A stretch of DNA of 64,000 bases from Rhynchopus sp. YZ270_cl-10 (GCA_964035575.1 OZ037847.1:806001-870000); one strand, 5' to 3'; counted from the first letter of the stretch, positions 25,943 through 36,857 are shown. Notes: generated from the letters alone by a model not told the origin. Program-made: numbers and translations.

Positions 25943-26283
25943 TAAAGGGGGGGGGTCGACGTATTATGTAGGTGCGGGTATTATGCTAGCATAATACCCG
26001 CACGCTTTTTGAGGCAATTTTAACTTTTCATTTTGAATTTTTTTAAATTTAACCTCCAATTTACCCTTATGTAGGGGGGCGGAAGGGGAAGGGGCACCAA
26101 AATTAGGAATAATCGAAAGAAAAAATACAATTTAACCTACATAGTGCTTACATAGTGCTTACATAAGCCCCGACATAGTGCTTACACAATACTTACATAA
26201 TAACAGGTTCAGATTAAAAATTTTAACGAAAATTCTCAAAAATTTTAAAATTTAGCTATCATAATACGTCGACCCCCCCTTTA
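25943..26283. mobile_element. MITE-like element of about 340 bp with G-run TIRs
   Basis: Inverted ends TAAAG(9)TCGACGTATTATG / CATAATACGTCGAC(7)TTTA; internal perfect 32-bp palindrome at 25972-26003; tandem TACATAGTGCT repeats at about 26138-26185. The terminal TA may be the TSD. Confidence 0.75.
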
Positions 26284-27750
26284 GCCCTAAGCCTCTCATG
26301 GTTGGTAACTAAAAACCAAAATTTTGCTGCTGATCTTGATAACACGACGAAAGGGAAGATTATTTTCGTTGAAACGCAGCCAAAAACAGTGTGATATCTG
26401 AATTTGGCGGAAGTGATTTAACGGGAGGGAGGGAAGAGAGAATTGTCGGTATCGGGCGATCAAAACGGCTATATTCTTCCGGTTTTTAATAACACTGTGT
26501 GTAAGGGGAAAAGCAAAACAAAAAACAAACAGCACGATACCTCTCTAGGTGTGCAAGCCCAAATAAAAAACACCAATTGTCTGGGTTTTGATTCTGCTCA
26601 TTGCAGCCCAACAAAAAGATGAACCAAGCGGGGTGCGTATGACCGAAAAGAAAAGGCCCGAACGAAATAATTATTTCAAACAAAAATGAAATAATGAAAA
26701 CTTGGAGGGAATAGGACTGGATTAAGAGGCACGCCTTTGCGTATGGGTGAGTACTGGGAGAAGCACGGTAGAAAAATAAATAAATATGTCTTGTAATACA
26801 AAGCCTTCTTGTGACAGTGTATCAAACGGTGGTTGGTGGTGGGGGTCGGGGGGTTGGACCCCACCCACGCAGACTTCTCAAAATTTAAAAAAAAGCAAAG
26901 TAAACATAGACACCTCTTGAAGGTACATGAAGAGAAAAGACAACTTAAAAATATGAACGTGCCTCCCGGAAAGAGGGAGAAACAGAGATTGTAATATGAC
27001 CAAAGCCTCACTGTGCTTGATCTTCAAAAAAAAAAGAGGGGAAAAAGGGAAAAAAAGTAAAAACACACCCTTGCTAACAATGAACGGCGACTTACCCATT
27101 TCTAGAGTGCAAGGATCTAGGGTGGAAGGTAGGGGGGAGTGGATATAAAGGGAAAAGGGAAAGGGAAACGCCAACACAACACATTGCAAAAAGAAAAAAA
27201 GAAAAAAAATGAAGAAAGAAAAAAAGGTTTTTTTTGATAAGATGAACCTAAACCTCACTGTGCGAAAGTCATCTTAGAAGATTTCCTTGTTAAAAAAGGG
27301 GGGGTGAAGTAAAAATCGCAGAACAAAAACAAAAACACAACAAAAAAAAAGGTCAGAAAAAAAGGTTCAGCTAAAAAAAAAATAAAGGAGGCTGAACTGA
27401 AATAGATCCCCACCACCACCATCTCCCCCCCCTCCCAGAACAGAAACTAAAACCCGATACAGATAACGTATTGAAGTGAATGCGGTATAAAAAAAGATAA
27501 AAAAAAACAAACGAGGTGAAAATGTTCCACGAACGATACGATCAAAAAAAAAAAAAACAGAGAAATTGAAAGTGCAAAATGCTTCACCGTTCTTCGGCGA
27601 ACCTCATCGACACTTTCAAAAAAGAGAAAAGTTTGTAAAATGATCCCAAACCTCACAATGCTTAGTCACCTAAACCTCCCCCATCCTCCCCCAAGACAGT
27701 TTTGAACCCCTTTCCCCTCAAACCCCCTCCTTTTTTCTCTCCACCGCTCC

Positions 27751-29367
27751 TCACGCAGAGAAACGCTGTAATGAGTTGACCGATCCGTCTAATGAAGAGT
27801 TGCGGACTCTAGCGGGTTTTAGGAGGGTTGGTGGTGGTGTGAGTTTTGGGGCCCCTCGTTTGACGTCTCGCAGAGGAGAGCGAAAGTTTTGGGATCCGTT
27901 CAGGGATGCGGTTAATGAGTTTTTCGCTGCCTGGGCTAGCGGGGGTGCTCCGTAGTGGCGGGGGCTGATGTTGATGGAGACGGTCTTTTTGAGTCTCCCG
28001 TTGACGGATCCTTTGCTCTTGAGGGAGGAGCAGAGATGGTCAGAAGGTGTTTCCCGTCCCCCGAGAGCCACGCCAAGCTGTTCGAGGCTTCCGTCGGAAC
28101 CGTTGCTTAGGAGTGTAGAGCCGAGGCCTTCTTCGGAAAAGGCGTCGCGTGGTTCGTGCATAGGTGAGTCGAGTCTCTCTGCCACCTGCTCGCTGCTGAC
28201 AACAGAGGACTCAGCAAACCGCTGCATGCTCTGGTAGGAGCTCTGCTGTGGGTCCGCCTTCGCAACAACAAACTTCGACGCAACAAAGACAATCCCCGCA
28301 GAGCAGCACAGCATCAACAGCCCCATCGCAATCAGCGGCGGTACAAAGTCAAAGCTCGCAGAGCTCCCCTTCGCAGTCCCAAGCGGTGTGGAGGAAGGCT
28401 TCGGTGGTGCAGGCGGCGCAACCGCAAAGAGGTAGCAAGGTGCCGCCTCAAAGGCATGCTTGTCTGCGCCAGAGACGTTGAAGCAAACGGATTTTGTGCC
28501 AGGAGTGGGGCAAGTGAGAGAGAACGTCATCGCTGCCGTCTCGCCCTGTGCAGGGCGTAAGGTCGGCTGTCTCTTCACAGCGCAGTCCTGTGTGTCGTGC
28601 TCCAGAATGGTGACCTCCTTGTTAGAGTAGTTCAGCTGCAGGTCAAACGTCGCGTTTGCGAAGAGGTGCGCATCGTCGACACTGAACGAGATTGTTTCGT
28701 TCGGTGGCAGGACAGTAAGCGCTACGCACTCCGGCTGCACGAAGTCTTTGTTCGCAACCACATTAAAGCAGAGCTCCTTGGAGCCGTTCGAGACACACTG
28801 CACGGAGAGGTCTCGCTTGTCGCCTACACCTGCCCACTGCAGGTCACCACCGAGGACGTGGCAGTCCTGCGCAACACCGTTCTGGAGGGAGAGGTTTGCG
28901 TTAACGTAGTTGTCGACCGAGAAGGTGAGTGTTGTGGTTGCGTTCATGTACAGGGTCGCGTGGCTCACGTGCGAGAGCAGGGCACGCTTCTTGTACTCGC
29001 TGTTGTCGACGATGGTTGTACGCGCTGTGCACGACGCATCACGCGTGATCTGCGCATACCATGGATGGGTATGGGTGTCATCCTCCTTGCACTTCACAGT
29101 CTCATTCAACGGCAGCGTAAAGGCAGTGAAGGACACTTCTGTGTGTCTACAGATGAGACGCACGTCAACAGAACACCCCTCTGACTGGATATCAACCTCC
29201 TCCGTGTCGAGACGTGCAAACGCATTCGCGTTGCGCAGCGCACACAGCAAAGACGTCTCGTTCAAATCAACGTCGCTTGAGGGACATTCCCCTGCCGCAG
29301 TGAAGTCAAGGTCATTCGAATGCAACGACGACACCAGCAACGCAGCACAGCACACAACTGCGAGCAT
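27751..29367 (-). CDS. Type I membrane protein (signal peptide, Cys-containing beta-rich ectodomain, one TM, Ser-rich tail)
   Basis: 538-aa ORF; hydrophobic N-terminus MLAVVCCAALLVSSL; TM LIAMGLLMLCCSAGIVFVA; several N-x-S/T sequons. Confidence 0.85.
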   Translation of the reverse strand: MLAVVCCAALLVSSLHSNDLDFTAAGECPSSDVDLNETSLLCALRNANAFARLDTEEVDIQSEGCSVDVRLICRHTEVSFTAFTLPLNETVKCKEDDTHTHPWYAQITRDASCTARTTIVDNSEYKKRALLSHVSHATLYMNATTTLTFSVDNYVNANLSLQNGVAQDCHVLGGDLQWAGVGDKRDLSVQCVSNGSKELCFNVVANKDFVQPECVALTVLPPNETISFSVDDAHLFANATFDLQLNYSNKEVTILEHDTQDCAVKRQPTLRPAQGETAAMTFSLTCPTPGTKSVCFNVSGADKHAFEAAPCYLFAVAPPAPPKPSSTPLGTAKGSSASFDFVPPLIAMGLLMLCCSAGIVFVASKFVVAKADPQQSSYQSMQRFAESSVVSSEQVAERLDSPMHEPRDAFSEEGLGSTLLSNGSDGSLEQLGVALGGRETPSDHLCSSLKSKGSVNGRLKKTVSINISPRHYGAPPLAQAAKNSLTASLNGSQNFRSPLRDVKRGAPKLTPPPTLLKPARVRNSSLDGSVNSLQRFSA

Positions 29368-29379
29368 TCAGTCTCCTTA

Positions 29380-31821
29380 TTATTGCAGACGTTCTTGCAT
29401 CCGCTGTGTAAAGCCTTTTTTATATAAAAAGCTTTGTAGATGCTGTAGGGTGGTACTGGTGGAGGGAGTCAGGGAACGTAAGAGCGGTGGTGGTGGGGGT
29501 AAAGTGAGCAACAATACATTAAAAACAGCGTTTATTTTAACTTTTTGAAAGAAAACTGTAAACATGGCATAAATATGTGATGCTGCTTGGAAAAGCATTG
29601 CGATCAGTGTTTTTTGACACGTTTCTTGGCCTGTTCTTGCAATCGGTGGTCGATATATGCTCTGTGCGGGGGGTATCATTTTTGTGGACCTACATGAATA
29701 ATCATTTTTAACTGCATAAACAACGATGCTCCTCAAATTCACCCAAAACAAACAGCAAAAATGATATCTAATACTAATGCGGAACTTGCCCAGCTTCTTT
29801 GTCATTCTCAACATATTTGGTAATGCAAACTGTTCATACCTATGTGACAAATTGTCCATGAATTTGACCACGTCGATCTCTTGATCGAGGTCTCTCAATG
29901 TGTCATCTGGGCCGATGCCGGCACCTTGGGAAAGTTGGTGATGGAGACGGGTGTTGTATGGGTCGCGTTGGTACATGACCTCTTTGATCTCTGAAAGGGA
30001 AAGTGTGTCTGAACGATGCGTCGCAGCAAGGGTGCGGAGGCTCTGTGCAAGGTCGAGACAGGCAGATGTGGAAAGGGTCAGGATCGTGCGCTTGATGGCA
30101 TCGCAGAGCTTCGGGTACGTCGTGATATCTGTGTCAACATCGTCAGCATTCGGCTTGTCCAGCTGCACTGCAAACATCAGCCGCGCCAGCGCACCCAAGC
30201 CTACCTGGAGGACAGCACGAAGCGCCTTTGCTGCGATATCAAATGAAACCCGCCTTGCCCCTTTCCCCAGACGTTCCATTTCAGCACGGACCTGCTGGAT
30301 GGCACGCTCCCCTGCGAAGTAGGTTTCCTCAGGGAGGCGGTGTTCGAGGACTGCCATAAGGAAGAACGACTCGATGGATGTGGTGCTTGTACGGTTGCAT
30401 GCGTCGATGAAGCTGTAGGAGTACTCTATGCCGGACGCCTGCCGTGTCATGACCTCCACGAAGATGTCCTCGAGGGTGGTTCGCTCCCGCATGCCGTCGT
30501 CGCGGTCGAGGCGGCGTGCGCGCTCTGTCCAGATCTCTTTGATGATCTGCAGGACGAGGGGCTTGCCTACCATGCGGTTCTTGATCTTCTGCGATTTGCT
30601 GCGCAGGTACCGTGGGATGTCAGGAGTAAGCCCACGCCCGACGAAGTTGGGGGGCGGCTTCTCATCTTTATGCAGGCGCACATCTCTTCGTTCAAGGTGG
30701 CCTTGGAACAACTCCCGTGCATGGGACAGCTCCTTCTCGGCACAGTCGAGACGCTGTGTCAGGATGTCGTGCTCTACACCCACGACACGCAGACCCTCAA
30801 CAACAGTCTCAAGCTCCTCCTTGTCGATGTCTAGCTCGTTGATGTGCACCTCAGCGTCGGAGAGCTGCTCCCTCACGTCCTCCAGCACAGCCTCGAGCTC
30901 TGCCTGCGCTGCGTTTGCCTCCTGCAGACCACGGCTTTGTGCGTTGCAGTCGGCAGTCACAGCGGCGAGACGTTCGTACATATCCTGCCGCTCACGGCGC
31001 AGGTATTCAATCTCAAGGCATAAGCGCTGTAGGGCCTGCAGGAAGTAGGGTGAGCTCTTCTCCGCATGCAGACGCAGCTGGGCCTTCCGGTCCCCCTCCT
31101 GTAGCGTAGGAGGCGCAGGTGTGTCTAAAAAGACACGACTGCATACAGTCTGAATCTGCTTATGCAGCTCCTCCACATGGTGCTGCAGAATCCCGCTCTC
31201 CTCATTGAACTCTTCATTCGCACTGCGCAGACGCTCATTGGCGATGCGCATCTCATTGTTGTCCGCCTCCTTCTGCTCCACGACATACGCCAGAGACAGC
31301 ACCTCTGCCTGGAGCGAGTCAAGCGTTGTGCCCAACGTCTTTGTTTCTGCCACATCTGTTGCCCTCACAATCTTTTTGACCGCTGTGTCGTACGTATCCA
31401 TCACCCTCCGCATGAGGCCTGCCATCTGCGGTGTTGCACCGGTAAGCGACTCAATGGTTTGTCGGAAGAGACCTAGCTTCGAGACTTCATCCTCCACCGC
31501 TGTCTGGCAGTTGGGCCGTGTTGCGTCTCGTGCCGCTTCCTCGACAAGGCAGAGGAAGGGTGTCTTGCTTGCGAGGCTGTCGTCCATCGACTTTATCAGT
31601 GCGGTAGGTGTGCGTGCCGTCAACGTGTCCACCTTCCTGCTCAAATGCGCCGAGCTCGGCCGCTTGCGTGCACTAATGGGCATCCCCTGCCACATCCCCT
31701 CCACCTTCCCATCTGCACCAAAGAAGCGCTCATGAAATGAATCCCGCCAGACCTTGAACCGCACCCCAGAAGCTGCAACATTCGCCTTCGTTGCGCGTTG
31801 GTCTAAATATGTGGAAGCCAT
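29380..31821 (-). CDS. Translin-associated factor X-interacting protein 1 (TSNAXIP1)-like coiled-coil protein; 3' end uncertain (likely about 29676 after splicing)
   Basis: Long coiled coil followed by FVGRGLTPDIPRYLRSKSQKIKNRMVGKPLVLQIIKEIWTER, resembling the TSNAXIP1 FxGxGxxxDVPxYLR...NR...IKxIW block (recalled). The last ~135 codons look non-coding. Confidence 0.7.
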   Translation of the reverse strand: MASTYLDQRATKANVAASGVRFKVWRDSFHERFFGADGKVEGMWQGMPISARKRPSSAHLSRKVDTLTARTPTALIKSMDDSLASKTPFLCLVEEAARDATRPNCQTAVEDEVSKLGLFRQTIESLTGATPQMAGLMRRVMDTYDTAVKKIVRATDVAETKTLGTTLDSLQAEVLSLAYVVEQKEADNNEMRIANERLRSANEEFNEESGILQHHVEELHKQIQTVCSRVFLDTPAPPTLQEGDRKAQLRLHAEKSSPYFLQALQRLCLEIEYLRRERQDMYERLAAVTADCNAQSRGLQEANAAQAELEAVLEDVREQLSDAEVHINELDIDKEELETVVEGLRVVGVEHDILTQRLDCAEKELSHARELFQGHLERRDVRLHKDEKPPPNFVGRGLTPDIPRYLRSKSQKIKNRMVGKPLVLQIIKEIWTERARRLDRDDGMRERTTLEDIFVEVMTRQASGIEYSYSFIDACNRTSTTSIESFFLMAVLEHRLPEETYFAGERAIQQVRAEMERLGKGARRVSFDIAAKALRAVLQVGLGALARLMFAVQLDKPNADDVDTDITTYPKLCDAIKRTILTLSTSACLDLAQSLRTLAATHRSDTLSLSEIKEVMYQRDPYNTRLHHQLSQGAGIGPDDTLRDLDQEIDVVKFMDNLSHRYEQFALPNMLRMTKKLGKFRISIRYHFCCLFWVNLRSIVVYAVKNDYSCRSTKMIPPAQSIYRPPIARTGQETCQKTLIAMLFQAASHIYAMFTVFFQKVKINAVFNVLLLTLPPPPPLLRSLTPSTSTTLQHLQSFLYKKGFTQRMQERLQ

Positions 31822-32090
31822 CTATGTCACCACATTGGGCTGGGGTGGATGAAAGGGGTGTGTGAAACAGGTACTAGGTGCGGTGAGGTCAGAAGGTCGT
31901 GGCTTTATAAAGAGACAAGTCAAAGGGGGGAAGGCAATCGTTGGCTTGAGCAAAATATGAAGTTAGTTTGTAAAAAAAAAGTATTTCAACATATGCAATC
32001 AATAAATTGATAAAAAGGGGAGCTAGAAAAACTCCTGGGAGCAACGATAATGGGGGGGGAAAAGGTTGGAAAGATGCCCAAGAAAAACGT

Positions 32091-33071
32091 TCAAAGGGCT
32101 ATTTTTTTCTCGAGAAGGGAGTGGACCATGTCTGCTATGAACTTGGCTGAGATGTCCCCCTTGCCTCCTTTGTTTACTGTACCCTTCCCTATGATGTCGA
32201 CGTGCGCCGAGAAGTGGCTGTCTGCGTAATCCACGGCAACCATCTTCCAGGGGAGGGTTCTTAGGGCAGCCATTTCGGACACGATGGACTGCAGCTTGCC
32301 TTCCTCCACCTGGGGAAAGGCTTCACGCACCTGTTGCTCTGTTGGTGCGTTCTGCGCAGTCAGCACCACAGGCTTGCTGATCCGAGACGAATACTCTTCA
32401 CTTTCATGCGGCACACCCGGAGCACCCCCTGCCGTGAGACTGCAGGTATGAAACCCACACATATGGTCGTTCTTGACGTTCGCACAGTTCACACGGTGGC
32501 TGAACCGACTCAACGCATTGATATGCTCCTCATCACACAACGTATCGAGCACTTCATTGTCATGCAACATATCAACACAGGTTGTGCTTGCGAGCATACC
32601 CCATAGGGACATCAATGCCTTCAATGGGTATACGGTTTGGTGTACACCTATGTGCGGTGTAGCGATGGACATGTAGAGGAGGGGTTGGATCTTAGGGGAT
32701 TCACGGATGAGGCTGCTTTGCGTGATGAGAGAACGGAGGATGAGACCTCCCATGGAGTGCCCGATGAGGACGAGGTGGAGGGTGTCGGTGAGTGCGAGAA
32801 GAGATGTGACGAAGGTCTCCAACTCTGCTGTGACCGTTGCGGCGCAAGACTCCACACCCTTCTCTGTGCCGAACATCTTGCATGCATCCGTCTCCCACAT
32901 CACCACATCCAAGTGCTCCCCTAACCCCTCCCCCTCCACCAAAGGAGACACCCGGTGCACCACCCTCCCACCCACCTCCAACTGTCGCCTCAGATGCACC
33001 TTTATCGCCTCCATGTCCACACAACTTCCATGACTACCATGTTGGGTCACCACTAATGTCAATGCCTGCAT
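32091..33071 (-). CDS. DUF676-like alpha/beta hydrolase (putative lipase/esterase)
   Basis: QHGSHG near the N-terminus, nucleophile elbow GHSMGG, SIATPHIG, and a late D and H. Start set at ATG 33071, just downstream of a pyrimidine tract + CAG. Confidence 0.9.
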   Translation of the reverse strand: MQALTLVVTQHGSHGSCVDMEAIKVHLRRQLEVGGRVVHRVSPLVEGEGLGEHLDVVMWETDACKMFGTEKGVESCAATVTAELETFVTSLLALTDTLHLVLIGHSMGGLILRSLITQSSLIRESPKIQPLLYMSIATPHIGVHQTVYPLKALMSLWGMLASTTCVDMLHDNEVLDTLCDEEHINALSRFSHRVNCANVKNDHMCGFHTCSLTAGGAPGVPHESEEYSSRISKPVVLTAQNAPTEQQVREAFPQVEEGKLQSIVSEMAALRTLPWKMVAVDYADSHFSAHVDIIGKGTVNKGGKGDISAKFIADMVHSLLEKKIAL

Positions 33072-33162
33072 AGTTCTTTTTTGCTGTAAAAAAGAGTGAA
33101 AAGAGAGAGGAGGGACAATGAGATGACAACGTGAAATCATTTTTTTTTGGAAGTATTAACAT

Positions 33163-34017
33163 CTATTTTAGTCGCATCAATGTTGAATCTCGCGCTTTAA
33201 TCTGGCGTTGGATCTGCACTAAGTCGTCGTACGTTGTTTTTGGCTTTCCCCGTAATGGCCCTGAGAGGCGGAGGAAGTATTGGAGGACAAGAATACTGCT
33301 TCGGTAGTCTTCGTCCGAGGTGGCTTCGATTCTGACTGGGAGACCCCTTCGTGTCCTCGACCCCTTAGGCTCTGCCCACACCAACCCAAAGACACGCCAA
33401 GGCACTGCACTCCTCTTCCCTGCCCCTGCTGCAAGCTGTGTGTCCGGCGTGACACCCTGCAACAGATCCCACTCCGCCACACCACCCACCTCCTTCCCAG
33501 CCTCATCACGCCACTCTATTCTATTGCTCGGGTGGAATGCGACTGTCCAACGCCCTTTCCGCCTCCCCCCATCCTGCTCTACAAGATGATAATGCCGACC
33601 GGCCATTACATCCTCAAAGTCTGCCGTCACACCGACACCTGCAGAGAACGCGGCACGTTTGTGCTGGGGAGGGACGACACTAGAAATGGGGGCTCTCTGG
33701 CTGCGTTTAGGTGGGGGTGGTGACGACTTTTGCACAGCGTTCTGTACAGGCTTTGGCCGAGGGGGTGAGCGTGAGTGAGTAGGGGAGGACTGTCGTGGTC
33801 GCCGCTCTGTGCCCAGACGCTGTGCAGCGATGCTCCTGAGCACATCGTGCTGTACATGAAGACGCTGCAGCTCGTCCTCCAGACCAGGCATGCGTGACAC
33901 CTCTGCAGTGCTCAAACGGTCCAAGTCCGCATTGCTAATACTCACACAGTTCAAATCATTACTCCTCGTCACAAAGTCATTCACATCAAACCTTCTTAAT
34001 TCTGTGTCCTTCGACAT
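33163..34017 (-). CDS. Hypothetical protein, 284 aa
   Basis: Long ORF with coding-like composition; Pro/Ser-rich linker and a globular (possibly PH-like) C-terminal half; not recognised with confidence. Confidence 0.75.
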   Translation of the reverse strand: MSKDTELRRFDVNDFVTRSNDLNCVSISNADLDRLSTAEVSRMPGLEDELQRLHVQHDVLRSIAAQRLGTERRPRQSSPTHSRSPPRPKPVQNAVQKSSPPPPKRSQRAPISSVVPPQHKRAAFSAGVGVTADFEDVMAGRHYHLVEQDGGRRKGRWTVAFHPSNRIEWRDEAGKEVGGVAEWDLLQGVTPDTQLAAGAGKRSAVPWRVFGLVWAEPKGSRTRRGLPVRIEATSDEDYRSSILVLQYFLRLSGPLRGKPKTTYDDLVQIQRQIKARDSTLMRLK

Positions 34018-34305
34018 CCCCTACGAAGATGATGGATGAAGAGGGGGTGTTCAGAGGAGTTGTTAAACGCAAATATCTCAATAAATGCCCGGATGCAACC
34101 AAAAAAAGACAGGGTAAAAAGGGTAGTTAGATGTGGGGAGTAAGAAGCAAAAAATGCGCAGAACTTTTCCTCCGATGGTATTCCACAAAGACCCAAAAGC
34201 GACAGACCACTGAAAGGTTTTGTAGAACACCATTGAAGGAAAAAAAGAGACGTTGAAAGTGCAAACACCGCCGTACCTTGGCAAACACTGCGGTAAAAAA
34301 AATGC

Positions 34306-35328
34306 TTATATGTTGTAGACATCAGCTGCTCCCTCTGGGGTTTTCCAGTCGGGTTTCATGATGCATCTGCTGCGATCGAACATTGTGCAGCACGGGCAAT
34401 GTGTACTTCTGTGGTTGGTACTGCGCGCCCATATGACCATCACCATTCGATCCCCTGTTGAGGTGACGGGGAGCACCTCGTGCAGATGTCTCCCTGAGTG
34501 CAGAAGCGCGACACCTGTTGTGTTGTGCGCAACGGACGCCTCTATTGAACCTTCCTGCGGTGCAGAACGCTCATGCCGGAAGAGCACCTCACCACCCTGC
34601 GTCCACGAGCCCCCAAGCTGCAAGGTTAACGTTACCTCTGAGTCGTCTGAATGTGCAGGCAGCTTTACATGAGACGTCGCAGTGCCTTCGTTGTTGTAGT
34701 ACGCAACAAAGGCGTACCGCATATCCAAACCTTGTTTGGCTTTCCCCGAAACCTGGTCATAAAGCGGACAAAGAATCGCTTTGAATATGGTGTCCACAAA
34801 GCGAACCGCATCGCTACCCAGCTCATCCACAGAAGCAACCTTGCCACTTCGCTGCACTGCAGAGAACGCAGTGCGCAGTTCATTGCAAACCCCCTCGGGG
34901 AGAAGCGGGAAGCACACTGGGGCGTAGCCTTGTGGGTTGGGTGGCGCAACTGGGGTGAGCGCGTCGTGTACATCGGAAGGGTCGCCTGCGGTCAGAAGGT
35001 CGGCAATGTCTGAGGAGAGAACGGCTGAGGTGGCCTTACGGAGTGTGGTGTTGAGGTGGGGCTGGTGCGTGGTGAGGCTGAGGTTGAGACGTTGTTTGCG
35101 GAGTGCGCGTGCCTCGCGTGCTTCGTGTACCCGTGCAAGCTCGCGCTGGAGCAATGCTTCGTATTCATCCAAACGTCGTCCCGCCTCGCCTGTGGAGCAG
35201 AACCGCTCTGCCAGATAGTTCGGATAAACATTCGCCCCATAGATCGTGTGCAGCAGAAACGACACCCCCTGCATGGCACGTCCGTTGTACCCCGCAGCAT
35301 TGTACGCGTTGTGTGCTGCTTTGTGCAT
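34306..35328 (-). CDS. 2OG-Fe(II) oxygenase superfamily protein
   Basis: LPAHSDDSEVTLTLQLG (HxD), GGEVLF, HSGRHLHEVLPVTSTGDRMVMVIW (distal H and R). Confidence 0.9.
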   Translation of the reverse strand: MHKAAHNAYNAAGYNGRAMQGVSFLLHTIYGANVYPNYLAERFCSTGEAGRRLDEYEALLQRELARVHEAREARALRKQRLNLSLTTHQPHLNTTLRKATSAVLSSDIADLLTAGDPSDVHDALTPVAPPNPQGYAPVCFPLLPEGVCNELRTAFSAVQRSGKVASVDELGSDAVRFVDTIFKAILCPLYDQVSGKAKQGLDMRYAFVAYYNNEGTATSHVKLPAHSDDSEVTLTLQLGGSWTQGGEVLFRHERSAPQEGSIEASVAHNTTGVALLHSGRHLHEVLPVTSTGDRMVMVIWARSTNHRSTHCPCCTMFDRSRCIMKPDWKTPEGAADVYNI

Positions 35329-35558
35329 TGGTGTAAAAGCTGGAGGGTGGTGTGACAGAGGGGCTGTAGGGGGGGAGGAAAGGGGAAAGGAATGTTAGGG
35401 TGTCTTGGTTTTTTTTTCATAGGCTACAAAAGGGGTCCAAAGATTGGATGGGTCACACGCTGCGCACCATTAAAAAGAGATGGTGGCGAGAGTTGCACAC
35501 TGATGGCACAGAGGGTTGATACGTTTACTGGGGAGGGGTGAATAAGAGACACACGACC

Positions 35559-35750
35559 GTGGTCCAGAGGCACCTGACAAGTGAAATGACATGTAAATCA
35601 CTTGTCATGACAAATAATTGCTTAGGGGGAGTAGGGGGGAAATCATGAGCTTACAGACATTCCTTAAGTAAATCACTTGTCATGACAAGTGACCACTTTC
35701 ACTTGTCATTTCACTTATCACCATGACAAGTGAAATTGGTCCTGGACCAC
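35559..35750. repeat. Short TIR element packed with CACTTGTCATGACAAGTG palindrome repeats
   Basis: 9-bp inverted ends GTGGTCCAG / CTGGACCAC and multiple full or half copies of the palindrome inside; no TSD seen. Confidence 0.55.
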
Positions 35751-36857
35751 TATCTCCACATAGGCAAACAGATGAACCAAAAAAGTAGGTTTTTTTGTTG
35801 TGTGGACAATCGCCTAAGAACCCGTTTGGGAACCTAGGGTCTGTACTCAACGTTGGCTGAAACCTTTGTACTACGGAACGTATAGACGTCAGTTGTCCTG
35901 AACCCTTGAAAGCAACTTTTATGGAAAGCCCTTTTACTAGGCTACATTTCTCTTTCTTTTTGGGGAGGGGGGGAAACAAAGTTGGCTTGAAATACAACAG
36001 CCCTCTCGCGACAGTGCCTAACAAAAAAGCGAATAGGGGATATGGTATCTCTAATTCACTTTTTGACCTGCCTTTTCTTTTTTTTCAGGTTTTGTTTTTT
36101 GCATACTGTGAAATAGGAGATATGGTACCTCTTATTCCAGGCTAAAAGCCCAAATATCACCCTAATTTCCTATTCGCCCCTTATCTCTTAGCACCCCCGC
36201 CCTCTCCCCCAGTAAAAATAGAAACAGACGGGATATGACAATTGAATAAAAAGAGAGCAAAGAAAAATAATTTTTTCCGTTTATCGCGGTTTGAAAGAGG
36301 GGCTGTAGGGAGGAAAGGGGAAAGGAATGCGTTAGGGTCTTGGTTTTTGTATAGGTCACAAAGGGGTCTGTCAGCCCACAGCTATAGGAGAGGCTCTTCG
36401 GCACGTACACACCTTCCGCACATTGGGAGGTGTGCGGGCTGTAACCCCACGAAGAAACGGGAAACTGTCCCCCCACTGCCTTGTGCAGTGTGGAACCCCA
36501 CTACATAGAACAACCCGAACACATAGCAAAGAGGCAGTGCCAGCGGTGCAGCTGCCTAACAGTTAGCGTTACAGTAAAAAAAGGAGGGGTCAAAAGATTG
36601 AATGGGTGACAGCTGCACACCGCAAGAGGGGGTGGCGAGAGTTGCACACTGATGGCACAGAGGGTTGAAAGGTTTAAAAATAGAATCTGACAAAAAGAGA
36701 GCAAAGAGAAACAACTGTTTCCGTCGCTAATGTGTCGTGATTTTCGCTGTATGGTGCGGTGAAACAAATACTGAACGAAAGATAATTTGCAGGCACCTTC
36801 CGTCAATTCTAATTCTTCTTGCCAATGATTGGTACATTAAAAAAAAATGTTGGGGAT

